In this document: positions 1 to 13,064 of the stretch, piece by piece
Position numbering within the stretch: position 1 is the stretch's first letter
Layout: the number at the start of each line of letters is the position of its first letter
Assembly (NCBI GenBank): GCA_024137785.1
Contig: JAHRHZ010000085.1
Span: 2,170,279 to 2,234,278 of the forward strand
Direction of reading: 5' to 3'
Length of the DNA: 64,000 bases
Source: Ginglymostoma cirratum
Lineage: Eukaryota
Notes under the pieces: model-generated
The model's input: only the letters and a program-made list of their open reading frames with translations
The model's database searches: none
Told to the model about the DNA's origin: nothing
Position numbers and translations under genes: made by a program

Positions 1-350
1 CACAAGATCTACCAAACGCTGTTGAATGTTATGATGAATAGGGAATTTCACCTTGACTAGATCGCATCCTGAATACGTGAAGATATTCAATGGTCTTTGG
101 AAGAAGTAACAAGACAGGGATAATCAACGAACGGCAAGACACTAGGAAACTTAGAGGAACGGGAAGGTCTTGGACTTCTGTACACGGATCCCTGAAGGTG
201 GCAGGGAGGTTCAACAGGTGGTTAAGAAGGCATACAGGGCATGTGATTCTATCAGGAATAATATAGATCTACAACCAACGACGCTACGTTACAGGACTTT
301 GGTTAGGCCACAGCTGGAGCACTGTGTGCATTTCTGGTCGCCACATTATA

Positions 351-2966
351 GTAAGGTGCAGTGTTGAGTTTAAAGTTATCGCCAAAACAGATCATTACAG
401 TTAACCGTTAAGGGTTAATTGGACGTGATAATGTGCAATTGAAGACAAGTGGCAAATCACAAGGACACGGCCAAACAGCTTGTTTTGGCTAGGAGGGAAA
501 TAACATTGAGCATTTAAATACAGCCACCTTGGAAGCGTTTTTCATTTTTTTTTGTCAGAAGTCACAGGACACTAGGTTATAGTTCAACAGGTTTTTTTTT
601 GAAATCATAGTTCAGTGTGTTAGGTTGGCTAGAGCTGGGGAAAGGGATTAGGAGCAGAATCCCAAGGGATTACTCTGTGCCATGAAGGGGAAGTAGGTTT
701 CCCAAAGCAAACCAAGGACTTCACTCGCATGGGGTGGATCCTGCTGAGCGGCCTCCCGTATGCTGCCTCGGGACGTGCGAGATTTAAACGGCGAACGGGA
801 CATTGACGCTGCGCTGAAGGAGGCGGCTTAGACTGGTCAGGAAAGAGCAGATAAAGCTGAAGAGAAGCAGACCAGTACAGCCTGCAAATTGGCCACAGTC
901 CTGCACAAAAAGTGGGCGAGCCGGATAAAAGAAATGAGAAGGAAGTCCAGCTAAAGTGCACTTTTTATTCACTTCAGCTGATCGGGTCTCCGATCACTGG
1001 GACTGACTTTTTTTCCGATTTGGAGTACGAGGGGACTGATGGGGAAGGAGTCCCTAACGGTGATAATGTGCCCGTTAGCGCGCCCTTTAGTAACTACTAC
1101 AGAAGGGGCACGGCCAGCAGGCCCTACAGCATGCTCGCATTGTGCGAGATTACCCACTGACAGAATTGCAGGATTTGGGAAAATAATACTCTCTCAGAAA
1201 GCAGGGCACTGGGAGCTTGGATAACTCGGCTATGGGGCTCCATGGCGTATTATGTTTCTCTCAATCACGTGGAGCTACCGAATATGGGAGGGTTGTTTAC
1301 AGTTGAATGCCACACATAGGCCCCCTTAGGGCCCTTGGACAAGGAACATTAGCTGCATGGACACGTGTGACAGTGAGAACTAAGTAGCTGGACACCATGG
1401 AATGGGAGCAGGAAGCTGTCCCGTGGTGTACAATATCACAGGGAAGTGCTTGATTGAGAGAGATAGTAGGAACTGCAGATGCTGGAGAAACTGAGATAAC
1501 AAGGTGTAGAGCTGGATGAGCACAGCAGGCCAAGCATCATCAGAAGAGCCGGAAGGCTGACGTTTCGGGCCTAGACCCTTCTTCATAGATGGGAGAGGGG
1601 AAGGGGTTTCTGAAATCAAATGCCTGATTGGGAGAACTAGCTGCTCAAACAGGACTGTACACTAACAATTTCCAGGGACTGGACCAATAAGCTTTCACAA
1701 CCCGAATGAGAATCCAGCTCATGCACAATGGACGAACGCATCTCAGAGGGATGCTGTTGGCAATGTTGGGGCCAGCTCAGGGCAGACCAGTCGGTGAAGT
1801 TGTAATGTTGTTTGGACAGTTAGTGGATGCGGAAGTGCGCCAAGCTCATGCAGGAGAGCGGTAACAAGGGAGACCCAGGAAAGAACCGGAAGCGAATGAA
1901 AAAAAATAGCAAAATGAGATGCTTGCTGCTTTATGGGAAACAGGCACAGAAAGGGCTGAAATAGACAGAAAATGAATGCATGGTATCACCACCAGTGTTA
2001 CATATGCCATGTGCAAGAAGATTTATAAATCTGGTAAGGAATCAAAGGGGACATCGACCCCTCCCGTGGTGTGAGACACCAATTCTGATTTAGATGCTTC
2101 TTCCCAGAGTAAAAACGGAGAATACACCAAAGTTCCTTCTGTACCCTGCATGAGAGGAACTGGAGGAGATGTGGAGAGAGTAATCCCGTAGACTGGGAAG
2201 GTGGCCGGGACACTGAGATGTGACCAGTAGGGGGAGCCGACTCAGGGGCCCAGAGGTAACACATACCCGTCACAATTCGTTGGAGAAATGGAAATAAACA
2301 GCAAGTTATGGTCTCGGTCGATACGTTCCAGACATGTGGGAACTAAAACAACACTAAATAGACTTGAGAGAGCAGAAACACCTGCGGTGCGGGCACCGGT
2401 GCGATTGACAGTTCGAAATAGGCCACCGCGGATGGTATCTGTGTTAATACGGACAGCAAATGTAAATGTTGTAGGGATGTATGTTGTGAGAGGAAGGGAA
2501 CTAGGAAAGTTTTTTTTTGGTATAAGAAGGGTGATTATGGTCATTGGGAAAGCCAAATGGAAACCCTAATACATTCCTTTCCCTTCATGAATTGTTAATG
2601 ATAAACAAGTATTGAGGGCACAAGGAGATCGCAGACACTATTGAAGGGTCAGTGACAGCAAGGGTTGTATGACCCACTGTCTTCCTGTATTAACAGTCTT
2701 GTGTGGTCAGTCAAGAAACCAGATGGTAATGATAGTCGATGACTGACAGTTAAACCAACACAGACCACTATTTTAACATATACCTGAGTTCTTTTAACCG
2801 AACCATTTAACTTTAATATATATCCGTAATTTAGAATGTCAACTATTAATTCGTATACATATGAAGTATTAACGAAATAAATAAGTTATATAACGAGAGC
2901 ACAAGCCTTCTTGTAATCATTTCAATCGCACCTTGAAATAATCCATTACAAACTTTAGGCCTAACA
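351..2966 (+). mobile_element. Duplicated, internally deleted copy of the intronic ERV (part LTR, gag, start of RT, end of 3' LTR)
   Basis: Collinear with 51110-51350 and 52055-54110, then jumps near 2770-2800 to sequence matching ~58700-58872. Confidence 0.82.
1447..1635 (-). mobile_element. Penelope-derived short insert in the duplicated gag
   Basis: Imperfect TSD tgcttgattgagaga / tgcctgattgggaga; absent at the paralogous site near 52920. Confidence 0.75.
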
Positions 2967-3139
2967 ATCAGGAAAGATTTGATTACACTGGGAACGGTGC
3001 AGAAGAGATTCACCAGGATGTTGTCTCGTTTAAAAAAAAATGAAGAATTGCGGATGCTGTAAATTAGGAACAAAAACAAAGTTGTTGGAAAAGCTCAGCA
3101 GGTCTGGCAGCATCTGTGAAGAAAAAAAGAAGCAGATCT

Positions 3140-3169
3140 AACGTTTCGGGTCCGTTGACCCTTCCTCAG
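3140..3169 (-). ncRNA. Minimal type I hammerhead ribozyme core
   Basis: Minus strand reads CUGAGGA-A-GGGUC-AACG-GACCC-GAAAC-GUU, within a Penelope-type short insert. Confidence 0.6.
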
Positions 3170-4167
3170 AACCCGAACTGTTTTGGATCATTATAGATGT
3201 GAAGAGTCTGGAGAAGCAAGGACTGTTTTCGTTGGAACAGAGAAGGCTGAGGGGAGGCATGATTGAAGTGTATACAATTAAGAATGCACTGACAGGGTGG
3301 ATTAAATGCAACTGCTCCTTTTAGTTGAAAGGTGAATAACGAGAGGTCATAACTTGTTCAGGAAAGGGCAAGAGGTTCAGAGCGAAATTGAGGATTTATG
3401 TTTCACCGAGAGGGTATAGGGTATCAGGGATGCACTGTTTGGGAGGGTACTGCAGACAGAAAACCTTTAAGAAATGTACATGGACGACCACTTAAAATGT
3501 TATAACATTCAAGGCTATGGGCGAAGTGCCTGAAAGTGTGATTAGTGTAAATAGGTGGGCTGCACTCAATGGACCAAAGGGATTTTTCTGTGCTGTATAA
3601 CCTGACGATATTCTTCTCGCAGAGATAAGGACTGCAGATACTGGAAGCTAGAGTCAATAAATGTGGAGCTGGAAAAGCACAGCAGACCAGATAGCACCCG
3701 AGGATCAGGAAAGTCATCGTTTCTGGTCGGGAGGAAGGGTTTCAGCCCGAAAAGGTGACTTTCCTGCTCCCTGGATACTCTCTGACTTGCTGTGCATTTC
3801 CAGCTCCACATGTATTGACCGATATTACTTTCTATCTCGTTGTTCCTCTTTAATGTATCCAGCCATTCAATTAAACACAACTTATCTTCGGACATGAATT
3901 GCAGCATTGTGTAATTAATCTAAATTATGGGACCTCCCCATGACGAATATACACCATCGGCTGTACCCCACGTTTACAATACATGTTTACAATATTGTAA
4001 ACATGTTCGGAATAAACTGAAGAAATGAAACCTTTAATCATACAATAGTGTTAAATTTGGGAATTGACATAATCAGAGGCAATTGACTGTAGCAATCACT
4101 TTCTACTTCATCAACCTTTTTAAACGGTGTCTGAAAGATCAACTTACAACGTGTCATAGAATCTTCC

Positions 4168-5852
4168 CTTCTTTCGCATTTTCCGGAAATGAACTCGAAA
4201 CATGATATATTTGACACATATAGGCGAATTTCGGATATATTTGGCATGCCCAAAGAGCTACTACTTAATAAAGTCCCTTGCCTTTTGCCTGTTTTACATT
4301 TCTAAATCCACTGAAGATTTGTGTACCATTTCTGTGCCAAGTCAGGTTAAAGTCTTCCGGATAAAAGCTAAATGTCCTGCACTGCAGCTTCAGAAAAGCA
4401 GATGAAGGGTCTTCGGAACGTATCGGTACAATGTTTAGGGGAGCTGGTGAAGCTGAATTGTAGAAAAAAAAACAATATTTAAATAAATGTGGACATTGGA
4501 CTTCTACTCAAAAACTTAAACGATTTAATGAACTGATCAACTGTTACTTCTGGGTATGGCAACTGTATTGATGGTCAAACTGGGAGGGGTTGCTATTACT
4601 TTTATCATGTAGGGACCTCCTAATGCAATTGATATATCAACTGTATGTTCAGCAAAAGTACTACCTTGTGTCCATATTAATAAATACAAATATATTTGAT
4701 TTCTCATACTGTAAACTCCTCGCAATTAGCAGTTTGGCAACATGATCACAGGAAATGAGAGGGCCGCAGTCAAAACGGGGGAATAGGAATTTGGCTTTTA
4801 AAGTTGGAAACAAAACGACATTTGAAGTGCTTAATGTTGCTGAAAACATCTAGACAATTCATTGTGTTGCTCGATGCTCAAATTGTTACAAGTGCGTATC
4901 TTGGAAGTCTTGCATTAGCTTTCTATGCAACACAAATTTGAACGCCATTGGTTGGTACAGTGCAATTGTTGAACTGTGTAGTGTCGCTTGTGATGCTTTT
5001 CTTTTTTTACCACATTATTGAACATGTTCCGAAGAAATGAATGATTTTATATACAATGTATATATTTGTGAAAACGTAACTGCTAACTCGCATTCACTAT
5101 TCAATGAAACCAAGACTTAACGTTTAACTGTGATATCACCAACCGTAGACAACAAGTTGCGTGGCGTGTTTGTTAGCAACTGTTTGGATTTGATGTTTGG
5201 CGACGCAGTAATATGTTCCAGAGTCCAGAACAGTCACATTCAAGAGATAGATGAAGGTAGGCTCTACGATACAATATTTTGAAGAGTTTTCTGCTGTCTT
5301 CCTTCAGAAGCATGTCATTATCTTCTTGCCAACAGAAAATCTCAATGTTTGAAAGGTTGAGCTGGACGGTAAAAGGGCATCGCGCGAGAGCTGTTGGAGT
5401 TATTAGGGTCCTTATTAGCATAACGTTAGAAGTAACATTGTCCGAAGTACACACAACTGTTAACAAAATATACGTATATTGATTAAACAGAGAAGGTGGA
5501 TTGCACCGTGAAAGAGCATAATTAGTCCAATACCCTCACGCAGAAGCAATTTATCATGCCTTGTTCTTCAAATTCTGACCCACTATCTGAGTTTCTGCCT
5601 GAACTGAAATATCGCAAATACTTTCTCACTTATCCAGAAGATTCCTAGGACATGAAAACACTGACACGAAAGACATACTAATGCGTGTCCGATTATCTGT
5701 CAATTATCAGTCCAGTTATTCTTCCATCTTGAGAAAGAACATTTCAAACACTGCAAGAAGGAGCATGTACCTGGATAGGAACGACGCGCACAAAAAAATT
5801 TCCACAGTGATCCACTCACAAACATGGCGACAATGAAACTCTGGCGGATCAT
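4168..5852 (-). pseudogene. Receptor paralogue copy A (leader 5771-5852, V 5144-5456, C1 4168-4452), disabled
   Basis: The V exon is 313 nt (+1 frameshift before LNVTVLDSGTYYC). C1 frameshifts after GFRNV into a stop, has deletions, and its donor is mutated GT to GG. TM and tail would lie left of the window. Confidence 0.88.
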
Positions 5853-6244
5853 ATATTGGATGGAAAAAGAGAACTGAGGAAAGTTTGCTGCAACATCAGT
5901 TATACATCGATTTTAATCAAGTAGCACAGGACTAATTCCTGGCGGAGCGGCCAATATGCATGCGTTTTCATATACGATCTTGTTGTCCTAACGGTGAGCG
6001 AAAATAATAACACGGATAGAGAACTACAGTAATCGCAAAAACTAGTTGGTTAATCTACTGTCATAATCTGTATCCACTCACATGACCCTTGGGTACAATA
6101 TCGGCCGGACCAATACAAAACCCCATCCTTTTTTTTACCCGTGTCCACATAACGATAATATCCTTTCTTTGAGAACATTTTTCTCAGAATTTCAAATCAG
6201 CCACAGGATACAACCAAGGCTCTTTCAAAGGAAACACATGCTTC

Positions 6245-6560
6245 GGTGGCACGGTGGCTCAGTGGTTGGCACACTGCTGTCTCCCAGTGCCAGGGATCCG
6301 TGTTCGAGATGGTGATTGCCTGTGTGGGGTTTGCACGTTCTTCCCGTGTCTGAGTGGGGTTTTACCGTTTCGTCCTGCAGTCCAAAGATGTGCAGGTTCG
6401 GTGGGTTGGTCATTGTCCACAGTGTCCAGGGATATGCAGGCAAAGCTGGGTTAGCCGCGAGAGTGCGGGGTGGCGGTGTGGTTGGGTAACGGGGATAGAG
6501 TGGGATACTCTTCGGAGGGTCCATGCAGACTCGATGGCCAAATAGCCTCACCACACTATA
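6245..6560 (+). mobile_element. tRNA-derived SINE (HE1/V-SINE-like)
   Basis: ggcacggtggctcagtggttggcac head with A/B-box-like motifs; duplicated with the gene at 61975-62280. Confidence 0.8.
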
Positions 6561-6734
6561 TGGACTTTGCTATTCAAAGGCATTCATGGTTTAATTACGG
6601 TTTAAAACATACCAGGAGCCGATGTAAACTGTGCGTTCAACTTAATGACTATTTGCCCTGAATATCGGATAAATGAATTAATTGTGTTAAAGCGCAATGT
6701 TCTTGGAGGTGCCGGTGCTCGACGGAGGCGGACA

Positions 6735-9340
6735 AATTCAGAAGTCGCACGACACCGTGTTGTAGTCCAACAGGTTTATTTGAAATCCCAAGCTTTCACA
6801 CTACCGCTTCTTAATCAGTTGAAGTGAGAGATGTCACGCAGACACAGAGTTTATAGGCAGATAGATCAAAGGATCATACAGCTGCTGTGTGTGGAGTGAA
6901 TAAACATCAAATGGCTGATGGAAAACTCTGTTAGAAAGGAGATGCAAGTTTCAATTGATTAAGATACAAGTTCCAGAATGTGTTTCAAGTTACTGCCCCA
7001 AGGTATTTAAAGGTTTAATCCGGTTCCAGCTAACTTTCCAAACTTCACTCAGGTGGAGATACAAAACGTGACATCTCAGGTCAGACACTGAACTGCAGGT
7101 GTGAGACCTCGTTCGAATCTGTCTCTGATTTCTAAGCTGAAATCAGGCTGGTTTTATTCTGAAAACAGGAATTTATAAAATACCACGCTAACTGACTGTG
7201 ACTTCAAATTGTGTGTGTTTGAACAAGACGGAATGTATCTGCAAATAGACAAAGTCTTGGATGAAATGATTCACTTCACAGATTTATATGTATCCGTGTG
7301 TGTTTGTGTGTGTGTGTCTGCCTGTTTGAGAGAGAGAGAGACAGTGAGTGAGATATAATGATGTCAGAACACAACAGTAACGAATATTTTAAAGATACAT
7401 AACAGGGTGGTGGGGCTACCTGTAGCATGACATGAACCCAAGATGCTGCCTGGCTTGCTGTGCTCTTCCACCTTTCTGTTTGTCTACCATGAATCCAAGA
7501 TCACTGCTGAGGCCATCTTCACGTGTACAGAACTTAGCTATCAGACTGAAATCTGCTCGGTGATTCTGTGTTGGTGTGTATCCTGAAGTTTGCCTTGGAG
7601 GATGCTTACCCGAACATAAGAGGCTGAGTCTTTTGGACTCATGGTGAGGAATCACTGAAACAACTACAGAGTGATATCAACAAGTTTCATCCCACCATCA
7701 GACTTAGCATGGACTACTCTTCAGAATCAGTCTCGTTGTAGGACACATGCACCTCCAACAAGGACAGCCACCTCAATACCTCACTCTACTGCAAGCCCGT
7801 GGATAACCTCGCAAACCTATAATTCTTTAGCTTCCACCCTGAACATATTAAAAAATCCAATCCCTATGTACAAGCCCTGTGCATACACAGGATCTGATCA
7901 GATGAGGAGGAACATGACGGACACTTGAAGGTGTTGAAGGATACACTGATAGGAATGGAATATTCCTCAACTCGCCAATCACCAGTTCTGACATGTCACA
8001 TCAAAAAAAAACTGCAACCGCTTCCTCAGAAGACAGACAATGGATAAGACCAATCGAGTGCCCTTAACCATCCAGTACCTACTCAAAGCAGAGAAACTAT
8101 GCCATGTCTTTCACAACTTGCAACATGTTATTGTTAATGATGAGCATCTCGCCATGATCTTCCCTACGCCTGCATGACTCACCTTGAAACAATCACCAAA
8201 TCTTATACAGACCACTGTTTGCAGCAAACTACCCATCCTCCAGAACAACATTGAACATAACACCACATAATTCTGCCATGGCATCCTCTGCAAGACATGT
8301 CAGATCATCAAAATGGATTCTACCATCACACGTGGGAACACCACCTACAATGTACATGGCAGATACTCATGTGACTTGGCCAATGTTTTATTTCCCATAC
8401 ACTGCAGACAAGGACGACCCGAGGCATCGTATACATTGGTGAGACCATGTAGATGCTGCAGAAACAGATAAATGGACACCATAAAACAATCACTAGACAA
8501 GCAACCCTGGGACTGTTCCGTCCCAGTCAGGCAACACTTCAGCGGTCAAGGGCACTTAGCCTCCAGTCTTCAGGTAATCGTCCTCCAATAAGTCTTTGGC
8601 ATACACAACAATGCAGAGTCGCAGAGCACGGACTGATAGCAAAGTTCTGTACCCAAGAAGATAGCCTCAGCCTTGACCTTGGGTTCATGTCGCGCGGAAG
8701 ATGACTGCAACACACTGTTTGGTATCTGTAAAATCTTCCTTATAGTCCTGTTTTGACGTCATGACCTCTCTTAGACTCTCTCTCTGCCAAACACGCACAC
8801 ATAAATCTACGGGGTGAATCATTTCATCCAAGATGTTTTGCGATTTGCAAATCAATTATGTTTTGTTCAAAAAACACACATTTTATAATTACGGTCAGTC
8901 AGTGTGGCACTTCATAAATTCCTGTTATCAAAATAAAACCAGCCTGATTCCAGGTTAGAACTCAGAGGAAGATTCTGAACGAGGCCTCAAAATTTCAATT
9001 CAGTGTCTGACATAAGATGTCATGTTTTGTATCTCTACCTGATTGAAGTTTAGAAAGTTAGGCAGGCACTGATAACACCTTTAACTATCTCAGGGCAGTG
9101 ACTTGAAACAGATCCTGGAACTTGCATCTTAATCAATTGAGCCTTGTCTCTCCTTTACAACAGAGTTCTCCATCAGCCATTTGATGTTTGTTCACTCCAC
9201 TCACACCGGCTGTATGATCCTTCCATCTCTCTGTGTGTCAACACCGTGTCTGCGTGCGCTTTCACACTGCAACTGACGAAGAGGCAGTGTTGCAAAACTT
9301 TGCGATTTCAAATACACTTGTTGGACTATAAAGTGGTCTT
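6735..9340 (+). mobile_element. Penelope-like element with an inverted partial terminal repeat
   Basis: RT C-terminal IPYVQALCIHRI near 7860 and GIY-YIG YIGET..QINGH near 8430. 6770-7440 is a diverged reverse complement of ~8690-9330. Confidence 0.8.
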
Positions 9341-9519
9341 AGGTTTTGGAGTAGATTTGTAGCTCGGGTTGTGGGTGTTGAGGTTGGTTGGCTCGCTTAG
9401 CTGCTTCGTTGTTCCGCACGAGAACACATACTGGCCGGTTCAAACTGACTCCACTCCACAGCTAGGCAACAAAATCCTATACTCGCTACAAAGACTTAAA
9501 CAAACAGGATGCGGAACAA

Positions 9520-11600
9520 CAAACCAACTCCATTCTCCCGCTTTCTCCCTGAAACTCTTGATCCCCTTGACAATCAAGAGCCTATCTATCTCAGTCTTAA
9601 CTGTACTCAATGACCTGGCCTCCACAGCCCGCTGTGGCAATGAACTCCATAGTTTCACCACTCTTTGGCTGAAGAAGTTTCCCCTTATCTCCGTTATAAA
9701 AGGTCCTCCCTTTACTCTAAGGCTGTGCACTCGTGTCCTAGTCTCTCCTACCAATGGAAACATCTTCCCAACATCCAATCTGTCCAGGCCATTCAGTGAC
9801 CTGTAAGTTTCAATTAGATCCCCCCTTATCCTTCTAAAATCCAATATAGTCCCAGAGTCCTCAAATATTCCTCATATGTTAAGCTTTCCATTCCAGGGAC
9901 CATTCTCGTGAACTTCCTCTGAACCTGCTCCAAGGCCAGGACATCCTTCCTGAGATATGGGGTCCAAAAACTACACACAATACTCCAAACGTGACCTGAC
10001 CAGTGCCTTATAAAGGGTCAGTAGTACATCCCCGTTTTATATTCAAGTCCTCTCAAAATAAATGCCAACATTGCATTTCCTTTCCTGACTACTGACTCAA
10101 CCTGCAAGTTTAACTTGAGAGAATGCTGGACCAGAACCCCAAGTCTCTTTGCACTTCAGAATTCTGAATTTTCTCCCCATTTAGAAAATAGTCCATGCTT
10201 TTATTCTTCTTACCAAAGTGCATGGCCTCACAATTTCAAACTTGGTATTCCATCTGTCACTTCTTTGCCCACTCTCCTAACCTGTCCAAATCCTTCTGCG
10301 GCCTCCCCGCCTCCTCAATACTACCTGTCACTCCACCTACCTTTGTATCATCTGCAAACTTAGCCAGAATGCCCACAGTTCCTCCCTCGATATCATTAAT
10401 GTATAAAGTGAAAAGTTATAGTTCCAACACTGACCCTTGCAGAACACCACTTGTCACTGGCTGCCATCCTGAGAAAGAGCCTTTTATTCCCACTCTCTGA
10501 TTTCTGCCAGACAGCCAATCTTCTATCCATGCTAACACCTTGCATCTAACACCATGGGCCCTTATCTTACTCAGCAGCCTTCTGTGTGGCATCTTATCAA
10601 GGGCCTTCTTGAAGTCCAGGTAGATAACGTCCATTAGCTTTCCTTGGTCTACCCTGTTTGTTACTTCCTCAAAGAATTCTAGCAGATTTTCCAGCCATGA
10701 TCTCCCCTTGATGAAACCTTGCTGACTTTGCCCTATTTTACTATGCACTTCAAAATATTCAGAAATCTCATCTTTTACAATGGACTCCAAAATCTTACCC
10801 AAGACCGAGGTTAGGCGAATCGGCCTTTAATTTTCTGTCTTTTACCGTCGTCCCTTTTTAAACAGGGGTGTCACGTTAGTGATTTTCCAGACCTCTGGGA
10901 CTTTCTCAACTCTAGCAATTCCTGAAAGATCACCATTAATGCTTCCACTATCTCTTCAGCTATCTCCTTTAGAACTCTGGGGTGTCGTCCATCTGGACCA
11001 GGTTATTTATCCACCTTCAGGCCAATCAGTTTTACTAGCACCTTTTCCTTGATGATGGTCACCATACTCAGCTCTGCCCCCTGACTCTCACAAGTTTTGG
11101 GGATATTACTCGTGTCTTCCACCGTGAAGACTGACGCAAAGTAATTGCTCATTTCCTCAGCCATTTCCTTCTTCTCCACTACCGTCTCTACACTGCCATT
11201 TTCCAGTGGTCCAACGTCTACTTTTACCTCTCTTTTGCCCTTTATATATCCAAAGAAACTCTTACAGTCTTTATTTATATTAATGGCTTGCTTACCCTCA
11301 TATTTAGTCTTCTCCCTCCTGAAACCTTTTTTTGTTGCCCTCTGTTAGTCTTTGTAAGCTTCCCAGTCCTCTGCTTTCCCACTGCCCTTCATCACATTAT
11401 ATGCTTTCTCCTTCGCTTTTCCGCTATCCTTTACTTCCTTCGTGAGCCATGGTTGCGTCATCCTCCCTGTACCATGCTTCTTTTTCCTAAGGATGAAGTT
11501 TTGCTGCGTGTCCTGAATTACTCCTAGAAACTCCTGCCATTACAGTTCCAATGCCTTTCCTGCTAGGCTCCTCCTCCAGTAAATTCTGCCCAGCTTCTTC
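9520..11600 (-). mobile_element. CR1 LINE fragment (ORF2 RT)
   Basis: ORFs IYLDFKKALDKMPH..GVLQGSVL and RGDLIETY..RGNFFSQRVV. Confidence 0.9.
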
Positions 11601-12010
11601 CTAGGAAAAGTATTGAAAGTGCTATGCAATGGTGATATAGCATGTCACAATAGATTCAAAATAGTATCAATATCAGGCACATTACTCCAGTCATTGGACT
11701 TTCACCATTGGGCTCGAATTCATGAAACCAGCAGTGTGGAATCTAAGATAGAGGTCCAAATGCTGGCATTGCCAAAGTTACTGATGAACTGAAAGGCAGT
11801 GTTGACAATCATGTGATGAATATATATCTGAGTAGTTTAACCTAATCTTTTAACATCAACACATATCTATGAAATAAACTGACAATTATTAATTCATATG
11901 TACATTAAGTATTTTAAGTTAATGAATTAGGTATATAATGAGTGGACAATTCTTCTTGTAATCATTTCGATCAGGCTTTAAAACAACCCATTAGGTACTT
12001 TCAGCTAACA
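11600..12010 (+). repeat. 3' part of the ERV LTR (copy B)
   Basis: Aligns with 58470-58872. Confidence 0.7.
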
Positions 12011-12791
12011 ATGCAAAAAGATTTGAATGCACGCAGGAGGGTGAACCACAGATTCACCGGGATGTTGTCTGGTTTAGAGCATGTCAGCTATGAAGGGAGT
12101 TTGGAGAAGCTCGGATTGTTCTCTTCCTGATTGAGCTGTATATGATTATGAAGGCATTGACAGGGTGGATTGAAAGCAACTGCTCCCCTCAGTTGAAGGG
12201 TGAACAACACGAAGTCATAATTTTTATACGAAAGGCAGAAGGTTCAGACTGAAACTGAGGGTTTATTTTTCACGGAGCATATTGGGTATCAGGAATGCAC
12301 TGCCTGGGAGGATAGTATAGCCGCGAAACCTTTAAGAAATTTAAATGGTCGAGCTTAAATGTCTTATCGTTCAATGGTATGGGCCAAGTGCTGGAAAATG
12401 CAATTAGTGTGGATAGGTGGGCAGCAATCAATGAGCCAAAAAGCCTCTTCTGTGCTGTAAAACGTGATGATTTTTCTCTCCATCTTTTATGACCGTCCTT
12501 AACATTTCCAGTTACTAAATTTAACACTGAACGTATATTCGATAGTGAATTGGAACATTATGTAAATTATGGACCTCTCAACGACGAATATCCACTGTTG
12601 TCTGAATCCCACATGACAATATACTACACACGTTTGGAATAAGCTGAAGAAAGGAAACGTTCAGGAACACAATAATGTCAAATTTCGGGATTGACAGAAT
12701 CAAAGACGATTGACTGTAATCAATTTCTGCTTCTTTATCCTTTTAAAACGATACCTGAAAGATTAACATGCAACGTGCAATAGAACCTTAC

Positions 12792-13064
12792 CTGCTTTCT
12801 TAACAGTTGGTGTTTGCTGGATATGAGCTCGAAACACGACATACTTGACACGCGTGTCACTTTCGGGTATATTTGGCACGTCAAAGGAGCTGCCCACTTC
12901 ATAAGGTCCCTCGCCTTTTGTCTGTTTTACATTTCTAAATCCAGTGAAGATCTGTGTAATGTTTCTGTGCCAAGTCAGATTAAAGTCTTCCGGATAAAAT
13001 CCAGATGTCCTGCACGAAGGGTCTTCAGAACTTATCGTCACAATTTTTAAGGGAACTGGTGTAG
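12792..13064 (-). pseudogene. Orphan C1 exon (copy B); no V or leader upstream
   Basis: CRTSGFYPEDFNLTW is present with intact AG/GT sites. A 21-nt deletion and compensating frameshifts remove the second Cys. Intron homology to the intact gene stops near 13300. Confidence 0.82.
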
